This document shows positions 13,890 through 14,865 of a stretch of 14,865 bases of DNA, in pieces (the stretch's first letter is position 1; the number at the start of each line of letters is the position of its first letter). The stretch lies in IMG/VR virus record IMGVR_UViG_2531839179_000012; one strand, given 5' to 3'. Origin of the DNA: a virus. Its lineage: Duplodnaviria > Heunggongvirae > Uroviricota > Caudoviricetes. Below the pieces are notes generated by a model. It had not been told where the DNA came from and did no database searches. It saw only the letters and a program-made list of their open reading frames with translations. The translations under genes were made by a program, and so were the position numbers.

Positions 13890-14707
13890 AACTGGAAGAT
13901 TTACCGAAATACTACTCCCCAAAATCCCCTGGCCTGACCGATGCATCGGCCTCAACGTCAAAAGATGCGCTGAGTATCACTGATGTGATGGCCGCGCAGG
14001 GCATGACACAGAATCGGGCTGAGATGGGGTTTTCTGCGTTCCTGGGGAAAATGGGCATCAGTATGAATGACAGGGCGCGGGCAACAGAATTACTGGCAGA
14101 TTATGCACTCAGTCGGTGCGATCGTGTGGCGGCGTTGAGAAAACTTCCGGCAGAAATAAAACCGGTAGTGATGCGCATTATGGCTTCGTACGCTTTTGAG
14201 GATTATGCCCGCAGCGCAGCGAGTAAAAAGCAGTGCCCTTGTTGCTATGGGGAAAAATTTATTGAAAGCGTAGTTTTTACAAACAAGGTCCAGTATCCGG
14301 ATGGTAAGCCGCCGGTATGGGCAAAGTGTACGAAAGGTGTGTATCCGTCTTACTGGGAAGAATGGAAAAAAGTCAGGGAGGTGGTAAAAGTTGCCTGTCC
14401 GGAGTGTGGCGGAAAGGGTGAGGTTTCCACCGCCTGTAAGGATTGCCGTGGGCGTGGTGTCGCCATTCACCGTGAAGAGTCGGTAAAACGTGGTATGCCT
14501 GTTATCAGAGACTGCCAGCGTTGTGGTGGTCGTGGCTATGAAAGACTACCATCAACGGAGGTATTTAATGCTATATGCGAGGTGACAAACCAGATAACAC
14601 GCGCGTCATGGGAAAAAACAGTTAAGAAATTCTATGATGCGCTGGTGACCCGGTTTGATATTGAAGAAGCATGGGCTGAGCGGCAGTTAAAAAAGGTAAC
14701 TAGGTAA
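13886..14707 (+). CDS. Late-gene antiterminator, lambda Q family, with an internal insertion of about 65 aa carrying extra CxxC motifs
   Basis: Colinear with my recollection of lambda Q: MKLEDLPKYYSPKSP...ITDVMAAQGM...ASYAFEDYARSAAS...CKDCRGRG...CQRCGGRGYERLP...WEKTVKKFYDALV...VTR. 273 aa against a recalled 207 for lambda. Immediately followed by a PR'-like promoter. Confidence 0.75.
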   Translation: MKLEDLPKYYSPKSPGLTDASASTSKDALSITDVMAAQGMTQNRAEMGFSAFLGKMGISMNDRARATELLADYALSRCDRVAALRKLPAEIKPVVMRIMASYAFEDYARSAASKKQCPCCYGEKFIESVVFTNKVQYPDGKPPVWAKCTKGVYPSYWEEWKKVREVVKVACPECGGKGEVSTACKDCRGRGVAIHREESVKRGMPVIRDCQRCGGRGYERLPSTEVFNAICEVTNQITRASWEKTVKKFYDALVTRFDIEEAWAERQLKKVTR

Positions 14708-14712
14708 CAAGG

Positions 14713-14750
14713 TTGATTTTTCCGGAATCTGTGGTAAATTCGTCATAACG
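14713..14750 (+). promoter_or_regulatory. Late promoter of the lambda PR' type, with a pause-inducing -10-like element (probable Q-utilisation site)
   Basis: -35 TTGATT (14713-14718), 16-bp spacer, TGG-TAAATT extended -10 (14732-14740), then TAACGATGGG (14746-14755). Lambda PR' as I recall it has TAAATT followed by AACGATGGG. Confidence 0.6.
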
Positions 14751-14787
14751 ATGGGCTTTTTATGCCTGACGTTAGAAGAGTTTCTAC

Positions 14788-14812
14788 AACCCGCCGCCGA
14801 GCGGGTTTTTTA
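14788..14812 (+). terminator. Intrinsic terminator downstream of the late promoter (tR'-like)
   Basis: GC-rich stem CCCGC (14790-14794) / GCGGG (14801-14805), loop CGCCGA, followed by TTTTTTATT (14806-14814). Confidence 0.6.
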
Positions 14813-14850
14813 TTGCGGAATTAATTACGGACCGTTATTATTCTGCTCCC

Positions 14851-14865
14851 GGCCTTTAGCTCAGT
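14851..14865 (+). tRNA. Probable 5' end of a tRNA gene, truncated by the window edge
   Basis: GGCCTTTAGCTCAGT matches the canonical acceptor stem plus D-arm start (..TAGCTCAGT..) of enterobacterial and phage-borne tRNAs. Only 15 nt are visible, so identity and anticodon are unknown. Confidence 0.35.

Noticed and set aside
13323-14470. Minus-strand ORFs 13323-13523, 13773-13961 and 14090-14470
   Set aside because: Antisense to the small protein, rusA and Q genes.
1-14865. CRISPR arrays, rRNA genes, integrase or attachment site
   Set aside because: No regularly spaced short direct repeats with unique spacers, no rRNA-like sequence, and no tyrosine-recombinase-like ORF were seen. The only array-like repeats are the iterons inside the initiator gene.

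Overview
This window reads as the immunity-to-late-regulation segment of a lambda-family prophage in an Enterobacteriaceae host, heavily invaded by insertion sequences; the IS mix (IS630, IS600-like, IS30, an IS5-family element) suggests Shigella or E. coli, which is inference only. Everything here comes from reading the sequence and from recalled protein families; no search or computation was run. Left to right: a partial IS630-family element (1-~785); an IS3-family IS600-like element (890-3375) with IS30 nested inside its orfA (1829-3048); an AT-rich minus-strand cluster of uncharacterised genes (3373-4907); a CI-type repressor with a LexA-like S24 domain (5004-5660) flanked by operator-like repeats; a divergent cro-like ORF; an IS5-family element (6055-6970); an opposite-strand 97-aa gene; two Rha-family genes bracketing an opposite-strand two-gene toxin-antitoxin-like cassette (8308-8956); then a replication module (initiator with internal iterons, DnaC-like loader, DnaB-like helicase carrying an in-frame TGA), a RusA resolvase, a lambda-Q-like antiterminator, a PR'-like late promoter with terminator, and the first 15 nt of a tRNA at the window edge. 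The best candidates for an undescribed system are the opposite-strand toxin-antitoxin-like cassette and the uncharacterised cluster downstream of cI; neither could be assigned a function from sequence alone.
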